This document shows positions 12,201 to 24,100 of a stretch of DNA of 64,000 bases, in pieces. Within the stretch, counting starts at the first letter, position 1, and the number at the start of each line of letters is the position of its first letter. The stretch comes from Phoronis australis (Eukaryota > Animalia > Phoronida), in assembly GCA_002633005.1 (NCBI GenBank), contig NMRA01000004.1, positions 625,846-689,845 on the forward strand, in the 5' to 3' direction. A program made the position numbers and the translations under genes. Below the pieces are notes generated by a model. That model did not search any database. It was not told where the DNA came from and was given only the letters and a program-made list of their open reading frames with translations.

Positions 12201-14909
12201 GTAGTAACAAAAAAGGCACCTTCTATCTAAGATTTATCGACGCACATATCATTTATCTATTATTCGGGACATATGTCGATCATAAATTAAATTTTAATTC
12301 AGGCCTTACGTAAGAATAAGACAGAAACGACTTCAATTAAAAGGGATATCTGTTAATAATAAATCAGTTGTTTTAGTTTGCAGTTTTAAATGTATGAACA
12401 TCACCATATCATGCGTTGTCTCGCTTTATCCTATTTTTTACTAATATCCGTCTCATTGCCATCATATATATCATTATTGCCAAGACTTACGTTTCGTGGC
12501 AGTGTCATTTTTGACGTTCACATTTTCCAGCTCAAAGAATGGGCCTAATCTGTACGATGTTATATGCGGGACTAACGGCTCTGTCCATCATGAAGTGATT
12601 TGTGACTGATTTTATGATCTTGAATTCATTGAATTTTTCTAGTACAATGTCAACTCAAGAGTGACCTATAACTACTCGCAAGCTGTCTAAATTATATGTG
12701 ACCCGCGATAAGATACGATAGACGAGGAAGAAGACTTACGCCGAGACAAGAAGATAAACACACAGGATTTACCAGTACGTGGACCCGGGCTACTACGGAG
12801 AGAAGTTCTAAGGTTTACTTAAAAGCACATGCATGAACCTTTATCTAGAAGTTGATTTATTTCCATGTGACATTTATAATTAATTTTTGTGGAAACAGCA
12901 TTTAGGATTAACTTGATGTTAGTTTAGAGTTTTACTTCCAGTTCATTTAAACCGGCTATAAACCAGTCTTCCGTCACGAAAAAAAAATAAACCACAAACT
13001 GTTATGAAACTGGTCCGTATTTAAAATAAGTCTGATTTTTGGGCTTAAAAAGAAGTGATAATTCATTATTGCTTGAGACCATGTTCTACAGGTTGCCTTG
13101 TCAATGACGTCTTGAGTATCATTCTATTCGTCGCGCATGGTCTCGAGGGATATCAGTTGTAGTAAGATTCAACATTCTCATTTGAGTAAGGAGAAAGTTG
13201 AGACCGATTCACGGCGATGCGTTGTTGAAATCAAAACCTAGTTTCTGAGTGCGAATTTGTTGCCGCTTTTAAGGATAATTTAGACTCATAAGACTTTTTG
13301 TAAAGTGATCATTTTTACAGACTATAGTTGATTGGTAGCAACCTTTTCATTCTTTGCTGTTTGCCTGACGGAAAATAAGACACAAAAATATAAAATGTAC
13401 ATAAACCATGATAAAAAATACGAATCCTATCCAAAATATAGGCCTATGCTCTGTGAACGGGTTTGTGATCAAAAACATAACAATTTTTGCTTCAAATAGA
13501 AGCTTCCCTTTGTTTAAAATGGAAAGAACATTTAAGTGCTAATTCTTGAATTGTGCAACATAGGACAAGGGATTCTCCAGCGAGAAGTGTTGCTAGGGAA
13601 GCACCGCCAAGCGCCAAGTCAGGTGGTAAGCTTTCTCAGGTATGGTGNCATGGTCTCGAGGGATATCAGTTGTAGTAAGATTCAACATTCTCATTTGAGG
13701 AAGGAGAAAGTTGAGACCGATTCACGGCGATGCGTTGTTGAAATCAAAACCTAGTTTCTGAGTGCGAATTTGTTGCCGCTTTTAAGGATAATTTAGACTC
13801 ATAAGACTTTTTGTAAAGTGATCATTTTTACAGATTATAGTTGATTGGTAGCAACCTTTTCATTCTTTGCTGTTTGCCTGACGGAAAATAAGACACAAAA
13901 ATATAAAATGTACATAAACCATGATAAAAAATACGAATCCTATCCAAAATATAGGCCTATGCTCTGTGAACGGGTTTGTGATCAAAAACATAACAATTTT
14001 TGCTTCAAATAGAAGCTTCCCTTTGTTTAAAATGGAAAGAACATTTAAGTGCTAATTCTTGAATTGTGCAACATAGGACAAGGGATTCTCCAGCGAGAAG
14101 TGTTGCTAGGGAAGCACCGCCAAGCGCCAAGTCAGGTGGTAAGCTTTCTCAGGTATGGTGAACATTTTATTTTTCAGATGGTGTCTCGTCGTTTAGTTGT
14201 GTTTTCAAGCATCGTGTGAGGCATCTCCTTATCTCCAGCTTTATATAATAACTAAGAGAAACGCATACTGATGTTAAAACGTAAGTATTCAACAGAGACC
14301 GAGACGGAGGCGGAGATTTTTTTAACTTAAGTTTGGATTTCGACCCAGTCTTGATATGAATTATTGTGGATTTCTTTTGCTCGTCATAACGACGACATGA
14401 TTATTAAAGGCAAATAAACACTACCCCTGGTCGACACACGATCTAGTTAGCTTCTCCGTCTGAATTCGCCACTAATAGACTGAGTCTCTTCACTTGTCGT
14501 AAGTTGAACGTGATTTTGAATTAAGTTGCAACATAGCAAATTGGTGTAGGGAGTTATTGATTTTAAGGTCACCGAGCTATTTTTAATTAATAAAACAACT
14601 GAGGAAAACTAGTCTATGTAGGTCTGGTCACAGATTTTACCAAGCAAATAAGAGAAACATTGATTATACCATCGTTGTGTTCCAAACTTACATTGCCGCT
14701 ACTTTGCCAGGGAGACTTGAAGTTCTCGGAAACTCCGTAAGACCCACAGAAGAACAGTTGATGGCACATTTCTGTTGTCTTGTTATCTCGCATAAACAGA
14801 GCTTCGGGCAAGGTTGGCACGACATGCGCGCGTCCACAAACAGAACACAAAACACGTGTAACGTAAACAGCACGGCACACCATTTACGTAATACGTGCAG
14901 GCAGTACAT
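128..14909 (-). CDS. PKD1: Polycystin-1 (PKD1)-like gene, 5' part (7 exons; continues beyond left edge)
   Basis: Phase-consistent GT-AG exons 14692-14909, 11495-11566, 10961-11133, 7391-8038, 6492-6626, 672-5902, 128-292. Domain order is signal peptide-LRRNT-LRR-LRRCT-WSC-PKD-Cys-rich-PKD array-REJ. Motifs LLFPGLW, IRLQVFR, QYCPLSNQC and AGDFIGIQYD match human PKD1 segments as recalled (MVFPGL, LRLQVYR, WCPGANIC, PGDLVGLQHD). Confidence 0.9.
672..5902 (-). CDS. PKD1: PKD1-like exon 6 (5231 nt): Cys-rich segment, ~15 PKD repeats, start of REJ
   Basis: Within the 1796-aa ORF; repeated W(N/D)FGD-type and GxYxVxVxAxNxxS motifs; REJ begins at CIEPSVTIDGG; acceptor ttgtag/, donor TTG/gtaagc. Confidence 0.95.
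6492..6626 (-). CDS. PKD1: PKD1-like exon 5: Ser/Thr/Pro linker
   Basis: ESTTTSVKSSTVGIP...VLLFP; cag/ and /gtatgt, phase 1-1; joins to GLWFQ in the next exon. Confidence 0.8.
6862..7074. mobile_element. MITE with ~30-bp imperfect TIRs and TAA target-site duplication (Zator/PIF-like)
   Basis: Left agccaaagaagcatagttggttctggtctgt vs right reverse complement ggtcaaaaaagtatagttggttttctgtctgt; TAA on both flanks. Confidence 0.65.
7391..8038 (-). CDS. PKD1: PKD1-like exon 4: WSC domain + first PKD domain
   Basis: CAALC...ECLCG (WSC), YDWNID...AGLYHVTV (PKD); cag/ and /gtaagt, phase 1-1. Confidence 0.9.
8181..8345 (+). mobile_element. Degenerate tRNA-derived SINE-like remnant
   Basis: A-box-like gtgctctactgg, B-box-like ggtttgacttcc, then cccttgagtcaag and aaatggttcc, reminiscent of SINE cores. 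Confidence 0.35.
10961..11133 (-). CDS. PKD1: PKD1-like exon 3: LRRCT
   Basis: DLSGNPWVCNCELKWL...CFGP...LKC; tag/ and /gtaagc, phase 2-1. Confidence 0.9.
11495..11566 (-). CDS. PKD1: PKD1-like exon 2: single 72-nt LRR
   Basis: ttcag/..DLSNNNLTTLPEGIIDDLKHLKTL../gtaagt; phase 2-2; not in the ORF track. Confidence 0.9.
13136..14160. repeat. 512-bp tandem duplicate split by one N (probable assembly overlap)
   Basis: 13136-13647 matches 13649-14160 except for two substitutions seen; N at 13648. Confidence 0.9.
14692..14909 (-). CDS. PKD1: PKD1-like exon 1: signal peptide + LRRNT
   Basis: ATG at 14909; hydrophobic leader then CQPCPKLCLC...INCSSVGLTEFP; donor AT/GTAAGT, phase 2. Confidence 0.85.
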
Positions 14910-15485
14910 CACGGCGTATAAAAAAACACTATCCCGCAGGAAAGTACACCATTCGTGCTAACATTTTCTCGCGTTTTGAATCTGGACGCAGTCCGTTCGT
15001 ACGACAGAGGTGTTGACAAGCCGATAGAACGCGTGACTGTGTTATCGATTCCAACTCGTAGATATGAATGAATTTAATAAAACGGCGAGATCAATATACG
15101 GACGTGTTAAATGTGATTCGGAACGGCGCAACCCAACAACAAATCGCTAAAATATATCTTTCAAAACTTGATCCATTCTACTATTTGAGAAACAAGCGAT
15201 AACACTGTATGCAGACTAATTCTCGTTAGTCGTTCCACTGAAAGCCTGCTGAATGTAACTAAATAAATTTCCGATAATCTCTCGGCATTTCTCGATAGTT
15301 AGGAATTAAAATCAAACATTTTTGAAACGCCAATCTTTTTATAGAATCAGTCATACGCGGTTGTCGTCCAATCTTCAAACGCACTCTTGGCTTGTCGATC
15401 AACTTGCGCATTTTATCAATTCGCGTCAATAACGTTTTATTTAAGTGAAAAATGGACATTACACTAGAGGAAAGTTTGATTTTCT

Positions 15486-15498
15486 GTTACTAGGCAAC
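15486..15498. promoter_or_regulatory. RFX X-box-like motif upstream of the PKD1-like gene
   Basis: GTTACTAGGCAAC (reverse complement GTTGCCTAGTAAC), ~580 bp 5' of the ATG in CpG-rich DNA. Confidence 0.5.
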
Positions 15499-17169
15499 GT
15501 TCAATGTATGCACGCGAGTTTGTGTGTTTTGTTTTTTGTCGCGTATTGATCACACTGAACCCTCGTTAGGAAGTTAAACAGGCGATGATGGATGCGACAA
15601 TTCATCTATTGAATTAACTGGAACTCGCAAGTAGAACTCATTGCACGAGAGAGTAGGTAAATATATGCCTACTAATGTTGGCGGTCGGAACATGCAATTT
15701 GCCTTCCTCGAAGTTTGTCTTCGTTTCGAGTCTGAAAATGGCGCTCGTTGCTAAAAATATTGAATAAATGTTCACGAATAGGGTATTCGACCGTTTTACC
15801 AATTGAAACCAAAAGCAATATCTTCAAAATAACCATTAAAGCGTCCATATAGAAGTGTATATATTCAAAATGCTTCGAAAGCGACAAATTGAGAGGAAAA
15901 ACTTATTGGATTTCTCTTGAACATAGTGAAAGTTGGACCAGCAGTTTCTCGGCGTAGCCAAATATACTGGAGCAAATCAGACCTCGAGCGGTCATTAGCA
16001 TGCAACTTTGGTAAGATTCTAAAGTCCAAGGACATTTATAACATTGCCATACACGAACAGCTGAACAGCCGTTTATGTGGCTACCTCACATGCAAAGTTT
16101 CCGCGCCTATAAGGACATTTTTGCCGAAAAGGTTGCATACGGTAAGTCGGTGAAAAAATGGTTGGAACATGCGAAGGCGCCGTCATTTGGAGTAATGTAG
16201 AAAACTTTCATTTGCAATTGCACGTAGGAACGTTATTCAAACAAAGACGTTTAGGCCTACTGTCCTGGTGCTTTGAGTAGGAACGGGAAAACAAAATGTT
16301 TTATAGTTAAAATGTTATAGTTAAAATGTTTTAATGTTTTTAGTGTTGTAGGCCATACAGTGCATTTGTTTTTGTGTTGAAGGGCTTTCTCGTCATCACC
16401 AGTGAACAAATAATATAACAACGTGGCTACTAATTGGGTTTCCTAGGAAATTTGACCTCGTCGTATGAACGAGCATTAATTTCAAATAATCGAGCGTGGG
16501 ATTTCTTGACAGAAACTGAACCCAGCATAGGGAATTTCTTTAAAAAATGTCCCCATTTGTCATTAACACCCAAGTTCACCCAATTATCCGGCCACTACAT
16601 GATAGCCCCACAAGATTAAAAAAACACTTTCCTCTTGTCTGGTGAAAAAAACTTTTATTTGACAATTTTCTGAAAATCGGATTGCAAATGAAGCTTGTAT
16701 TCTTCGAAAAACAAACACTAAATATCGTAAACTGAGTAATCTTCGGTTTAATGCGAAACACGCGCGGGCTGTCCCAATTTCATTAAAGGGGGCGCTGAAA
16801 CCAAGCTTGCTGTTAAAATCAAGCAGTGTAATCTTATCTTGGGTTAAAAGTGTGCATCGTTGACACCTTGTGTGATGATGGTAAAAACAAGAGAAGTTAC
16901 TTACTAGGAGACATATAGTTAGTTGCACATTACGTTTCAAGAGTACACAACGGCGGGAAAACAGTCATGTGATCAAGGCCTGACTGCAGGCTTTGAAAAG
17001 TTCCTAGTAAGTATCTTCTTTCGTTTTTTACCATAATCTTATCTTGTTCCGTACTCGGAGTAGAAATGATTTCTGGTCTTGAGAGGCACTGGGAAGTCGT
17101 AATTGCTTTTTGTTTAGGCCAATCAATTTGTTTGTCTGACAACGAAGTTAGTCAGGAGAATAACACCGT

Positions 17170-17280
17170 AACCAATTTCAGTTCAAACAAAAGATAACGC
17201 AGCGATGTCAGATGCTTTGGAAGAGCAAATACGCCTGTGACGAGAGTTGATGGGCATGGTTTACGGCGGGCTTGATGTCT
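17170..17280. repeat. Diverged dispersed repeat, also at ~57695-57795
   Basis: Shared ttggaagagcaaatac...catggtttac.gc. Confidence 0.45.
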
Positions 17281-20047
17281 GTTATTTCATCGAAATAGGT
17301 ATTTAGGCCACGTGTTTTATGATTAAACAAGAGTACTTTGCGACACTAATTTTGCTCAAAAGAAGCAAGCGCCCAATATTGACCAATTTGAACTAACTAA
17401 CAAGAATGTGTCTTTGAGGATTATTTGGAGTCACGAGGTTTAATTAATACAAAATTCTAGGAACAAAATTCCTTACCATGCACCAATCTTTCCACGGATA
17501 TGTATTGCTTGTGTACTGCCAGTACTTTGCTGGGGACAATGACACTAGGAGTGTTAAACAGAATGATTTTGAGTTTAGTTTTAAGGCATTGCAAAATTAC
17601 CTATCGTAATAAGAGGAGAAGTAAAGCAAAGCAAAATCAGTTTAGTCCGAGATTTTATAAGTGTCAATTTTTAAGTTGTCGTCCAGCACATTGAATCTGG
17701 AGTAACAAAAATCGAAGGGACAGTTCAAGATTGAGCCTCAGTGCTCATTAAATACGGATGCATGTTTCGTTCAGAGCCCTTGCGCAATGGTCTCGCTAAC
17801 TCTTAATAAATTAACAGCAAACAAACTATATTGTCACAGGAAATAGAAAAAATGGTGTAAAGTTATGAACTGTTAAATACTTGTTGTCTAAGAAAAAGTT
17901 CATGTATTACCAATTTGCATATTATATTCTGTTTATGCTTCAATGACAGTTGCTTAATTATTATGTAGCTAATCTGAGATTTGAATGACTTAGGAAAAGT
18001 GTCCTCAAAATTGCAAAGTTCATCCGCTGTATCCGTCTCTGACATTTCTGTGCCACATTTATACTCGCGTACCTCACACAGGCTACTGTATACAGGGAAA
18101 TGGTCATCCCCCCTCACACAATTTTCTTGACCCACATGCACCTGCCGAAGTGTGAACACGCCATGTGGAGAATTTCTCGCTAACACTGATGACCGCTCTG
18201 ACTTCCTAAGCCCCAAACAACTTTTACGATGCCTATTCAGCACGCCCTTTGTATTGAAGTAGATCTGAGCTAATGTAGTGGAAACGTAATTACTAGCATT
18301 ACTGTCTCAACAATGGTTGTTGTTAGTAGGCCACCCCCAATTTGGTTTTCTCTGACATTTGCAGAGTTATAGCCTGCAACTCTGGAGAGTAGTTTTAACT
18401 TGGTACATTATAAATATTACAAAATGACTAAAAAGGTTAACTTGTGTTTATCTTCACTAAGGGCCACTTCACAAAAGAACGATAAGTTTCTTGGCATATT
18501 GGTTTTCTTTATTTAATTTTTAATGCTTCTTTCCCCTTGTTTTTTTTTACCGGGAACGGGTTGATAACTTTTTATCTAAGTTTTGAACTTGAAGTACCTA
18601 AACAGTGGTAGATTTTGATCGCCAGGTAAACTTAATTAGTTCATTGTGAGCCCATCCCTGAACTACCCACATTACAGGTACACTAAACATTTCACGTGCC
18701 ATTAAAGTTTATTCTTTACTAGAACTCAAATCATCAAATATATACAAAAGTGCAAACTGAAGATTTGAAAATCTCTGGACAATTTCAGTGGCACTGACTA
18801 TTCTAGCTCTTTGTCAGTACAAAAAAAAATGAAAAATGGGCACAACAACTGTTTCCTGAGTGGTCAAAAATCTGGTTAAACGAGATTGAAAGAATAGTGA
18901 AAATGAATCCATGTGATATTGTTAACTCTGATCAGCGTTTGTATATTCACCGAGTATATCAATACGCGCGGTAGTTTATCTTCAATCGTACCCAATGGTT
19001 GTAGTTTTTAGATTATTAGTTCGTCGATTTTTAAAAATCGAAAACCGTACTTGGTTGTTTTTTTTTCCAGCTGAAGGACGAGCGGTGAAAATTCCCGCAT
19101 ATCCTTAGAAATGTGTGACTTCCTTATAAGCGTATTATTCACGGTATGCGCGAATTACTTAAAACATTTTAAGCTTAACATTGCACACTCCTATAACATG
19201 GCCTCGAGAAGCATTTCACCAGCACTCAGGATGTCTGTGTCAAAAAAATGAAGACTTGGGTTGAGGGTAAATATCGAAAAACGAGCGCTCTTTTTGACGT
19301 ATAGATGTAAAAATGTGTAGTTCAAACTCAGTCGCCTGCTGTTTTGCTTTTTAGGAAATTAATGATCAAAAATATAAAATGACATATCATCGCAGTCTTG
19401 TGCCAGCCAAAATTATAAGGTTTATTCAGAATTCTTATTCAAAATACTGGGTTGAAACTAGAAATCATTGTAAAGTAGACTAGTGCCATAGCCGACTCGA
19501 TGGGCTCACCTATTCTTCTTTCAAAAATCAACAAACGATCGTGGTATCGATCCTTACTTGTTGGCGTATTGTTAGTATAAAACTTAGGTGCACGTCTGAA
19601 AAATAACGATAAAACGAAGTGCTGGTTAGTGCCAAGATAAAAAGGTCTTAATGATTACTGTGTAAGATTGATGTTGTGGCTCATAAGTGGTCGTCGAAAT
19701 GATGTGGCGTCAAGGCAACAAGGGCAGGCCATCCCAACAATTTCAAAGGCACAGACTGGTCCCCTTCATACTATAATTTTCTTCAGCATACTCTGAATTC
19801 CATATTGATGTCTCAGTGCAACAGCAAAAGGTATTCATAATATCACTGCCTAAGCCTCTGTGACTTTCCTATTAAGGAAGTCAACAAAGTCAGGAACTTA
19901 ACTCTATCTTCAGCTAGCACGAAGCCCACCGAGGTTGAAATTGAAAAATTAGAAACTTAAATGAAACGTGAAAGAACTCTAGGAAGGTTGACAATTACCG
20001 TAACAAGTTCAATTGCCCAAGCAACTGAGACTTGTTTGAGTAATTGA

Positions 20048-20128
20048 CCAATCGCAAGCTCCGCCCCCTTGCGTAATGTTGACTAACAAACAATAAGTTT
20101 TACTCGGCAAAATGGGTAAAATGGCGGC
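20048..20128. promoter_or_regulatory. Promoter-like motif cluster
   Basis: CCAAT 20048, GC box CCGCCCCC 20061, TTGCGTAA 20069 and YY1-type AAAATGGCGGC 20118 within ~80 bp. Confidence 0.3.
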
Positions 20129-20260
20129 TCGGAAACGAAGGTGTGTCAAGAATGATGAGTTTTAAATGGCCAGTTAAGCCGTCACTCTAAGTCCTGGCGA
20201 TAGGTCAATTCAAACAGCCACATTAGAGAGAACTCCAAACAGTGCAGAGCAATGGAAATA

Positions 20261-20266
20261 TTTATT
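20261..20266 (-). terminator. Candidate poly(A) signal of gene 2 (another at 20753-20758)
   Basis: AATAAA on the minus strand, downstream of the stop in an AT-rich 3' UTR. Confidence 0.4.
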
Positions 20267-20973
20267 TTTCTACAAAATATGCAAATAAGTTAAACAGAGC
20301 AAAAAGTTTAATTTGTAGTTAGGTTTAATCTTAAGACTCAAACATACGTAATGTGAATATGGGACAGAGTAACAAATCTGAACATTCAAGCAAACGCAAA
20401 TATGTAAATATGTGCCAGCACATAGTTTCATTATATTTCAAAACTAACAACAAACACCAGGGAATCCTGATAGAAAGCCCCAAGACCTGTATTTGCAAAA
20501 TGACAAATTATTTTAGGTTTCTGGTACCTAATAATAAACCAGGGTGTACTTTTGGAAAATGGGGGTCTATTAACTGAAAATGCATCGCAAATTTAGGTCG
20601 TGATATGCTTTTACCTAGTTGGAAAATAAATTCCTTAAAACGAATGACTGAACCACCTGTGAGTTTAGAAAAATGGACGTAACAATTATTTACTTGACCT
20701 TTTCAAAGTCTCTATGAGAACATGTAGCAGCGTTCAATTGACTGCCAAACAGTTTATTTGGCAACAACATAAAGCCCAATAAGCAACATAGTTGTCTCAA
20801 TGGCTCCCTTGAACCAGAACAAGTACCTCCACTTCAAAATGACATTTGAAAGATACCATGGTACATTTCAAATTAACCACAAATGTGTCCATTATGTAAC
20901 ATAAATTAAATAAGCACAACAAATAACTTAAAAATACAAAAAGCAGCTTTTGATAATTTATATGCAATGTGAT

Positions 20974-21105
20974 TCAAAAAATTCGAGAGTCGTCCAGGGG
21001 ATTTGACACAATTCGCCCATGAATCTCAATAAATAATGGCACATAAGTTAAAAAGTCCAGATATTCGATCGTTCCTCTTCCACCACGATCAAACTTTCCC
21101 GACAC
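20974..21105 (-). CDS. Gene 2 last coding exon, EF-hand-like (FDRGGRGTIEYLDFLTYVPLFIEIHGRIVSNPLDDSRIF*)
   Basis: ttccag/, phase 0, TGA at 20974-20976. Confidence 0.88.
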   Translation of the reverse strand: MSGKFDRGGRGTIEYLDFLTYVPLFIEIHGRIVSNPLDDSRIF

Positions 21106-24100
21106 CTGGAAATAGATAAAATGTTTCCATAAATATACATAAAGGAACTACCAACAATTACTCCATCTAGTGTCTGGGAAAGGAGCCAGCCATTCCCAGA
21201 GCTGCTAACATCCGTATGGCTTCCTAAATATAAGAGGTAACCTATGCAGGCAAACTTATCTTAATTAAGTAATAATTTCATGAAGAATACTATTAGTAAA
21301 GAGCAAATGCCTACAGAAAGTTCAGCTTAACTTGGTTCTGTTCACAGAACCTATGATGGCGCTTTCTCAAAACCTGATCTTGAATAGAATTCACCGTTTC
21401 CAATCCCACTTTACTTTTTCATTTCAAATTTTGTTTTCACGGTTAATGCATGCAGCAGAGAAAATGCAAATGACTACTAATGAGACTGCTTAATACATAG
21501 CCACCCCGCAGCATTTCATCTGTGACTAATTACTTATCACAGAACAATGTGAAATTATTTGACATGAACTCAAGTGCGAACTTTTCTATGGACATTCTAT
21601 CAAGTTGTCTATGTAATGAAAAATAACGTGTCGATACCATATAAAATGAAACAATATTGGAGCTGGCAACACTTTAAAATCTGGTGAAATTATCAAAAAC
21701 TTTTATTAAAAACAAATCTAACCTTCAAGCCTAACTGGAGCAACCCTTCACCAGGTACGAAGAGAAATGGCAAAAAAGGCCTCCTTATATCAACTTCTTC
21801 AAAATTACTAAGGGGAGTGACGTGGGAATGGAGAGGGAGAGGGAATAGTTAGTTGAGGTAGTGGCTCGTGTGGCCCATGTCTTTATTAACACTTTTGTTC
21901 TCAAGCTTGTTGAAAAACAAAATCTTTGAGATTTCTTTAGATCTGGTGTGGGTGTTATCAATATTAACCATCAGCACACATAATTTTTTAGGATTTTTAA
22001 GTTTTACCAGCTTCTGGATTGTCTGTGTAACGAATTATGAGAAATCGAGAGCTCATCTGCAACTGCAATAGGAGATGTCAGCCACGGCATACACATATAA
22101 AAGTTTCTGTCTCTAAGTGCATAACATTATGAACGCAACACATTGGCCATACTCTTGCATAGATTGCTCACTTACATAATCAATGTTCTCTTTACTCAAA
22201 CCCCCAGCACTGAGTTCAACGATTAGATTCTTCATCGTAGCCAGATCATCTGGTATACTATCATCTTCCTCACAGAGCAAACAGAACAACTCCTGAAATG
22301 GAACATTCAGTAACTGTGAAGACACGAGAAGAACATTCACATCAAGCCTACATATCTGTGGTGCCTTTTAAAACACAAGTTTCGCCTGGAAAAAAAAAGA
22401 ATCTTTTATTAGAACAATAAGTTGGGTTGCTAATTTTACACAAATACAAACCATGCATAGTCCATGTATTGCCTTTAAAGCATGATCTGATGATTTAACC
22501 TAGACTTATCTATTCTAGTTTAGATAAATGAACCAATCTGATTTTAAAAACCCTTACTGCTGAGTTTGTTTGGGTAGAGTGTAATGTGAACAATCACATT
22601 ATTCAGGCAACAGAGGGCAGCTGAGGAGTTTGAATATAGATTGTACATAAAAATGAACTGTTGTGAATGCCCTGTGTACAACTGACATTTGTCAAGCTGA
22701 CACAAGTTTCATCACAGAGCCACCTATTGACCAGACAGCTACTTACTTTGCTTCTTTCCATTTTTATATCCAAGGCCTCGTAATCAAACTTATTGATAAG
22801 CTTCTTGATGAAAGGACTGAAATATGTCGATCAAAAAAACAATAAAATAATTGAATCAGAAACACAGCAATAACATGACACGCATTAATCAAAAGACTCT
22901 AACATCATATTAGCACAGGAAAATTTACAACAGCTTTTCTTTTAATGTCCCTGCAGTTCTAAAAAGCCAATCACATTCAAACACAACTGTAAATCTTCCA
23001 CCAATGAACATTTAACATTTCAATATGTTAACTGTCACTAAAGTCTCAAGAACCTCGATGACGATTATGGCAATGGTGGTTATGATGACGATGGCTATGA
23101 CTCCAACAGTGACAATGACAACTGTTACCATGACAAAAGTTACGACGACAACGGCTATGATGACAACGACGGTTATGATGATGATGGTTATGACGATGAT
23201 GGTTATGACGATGACGGTAATCATGATGATGATGACAATTAAGATGATGGTTATGATGACTATGACAATGATATTGATTATGACCATCATTAAGACGGAC
23301 ATTTCAAAACTTCTGAATACTACTTGGCAGTCAAATTTCCAACACTCACTCAACTTGGGTGACTTTCTCAGACAGTGCAGCTACACAGCCAAACATTTTG
23401 AGGTTGATCTTCTTACGGCCAGGTAAGTCAAGAATCTGAAAGTAAATTTCACACTCCTTAAAGACTAAAAACAAATTAAATATTGAATGAGTATTCAATG
23501 GCAAATCCTGATATGCTCTTGTTGTCCAAAAATGTATGGATACTATCTTGCATAGTAAAGATACAAAGATACATATACATATACACAAACACACACACAC
23601 ATGCACACACACAGATATATCAATTTTCACAAAATCAATAAACCAGTTTGGCAAATAAAGGGAAACAGCACAAGTTGTATTCATTCCGAAATTGGCAGAT
23701 GTCATTTTCTAACCTGTAAGAAAATACAAGCTCTGTTTCGTGAAGATCTTTCAGGCAATGAAAGTAAAAAGTCAGGTAGACGTAGACGGGACTAAAACAG
23801 GCACCAGGGTTACAACATTTGTAGAGAGTCAAACACTCACATACAGCAAAAGAGGAAAGTAATCAGACAAAACACCTTTTTCCTGTCATGACGACTAACT
23901 CTGTAAATAACAAAAATTAATGGTAATGACTATTCGGGTTACAAAATTCTAATTACATAATGACTTAACCACCTTACTACCTTTCCTCCTAAATCTGCTT
24001 CATTCTACTGAAGACTACTCTAATGATGAATTCCGCTTCCGTCAAGCCGCCACGACAGGGAATTCTGGGTCATTTTGTCTGAATACTTTTAGCTAGTTCT

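Noticed and set aside
23012-23426. 133-aa Met/Thr-rich (+) and 113-aa Ile/Val-rich (-) ORFs
   Set aside because: Products of the trinucleotide repeat; the apparent transmembrane character is artefactual.
24023-24082. C/D-box snoRNA-like ATGATGA...CTGA
   Set aside because: Antisense to the host gene, no terminal stem, no recognisable rRNA guide.
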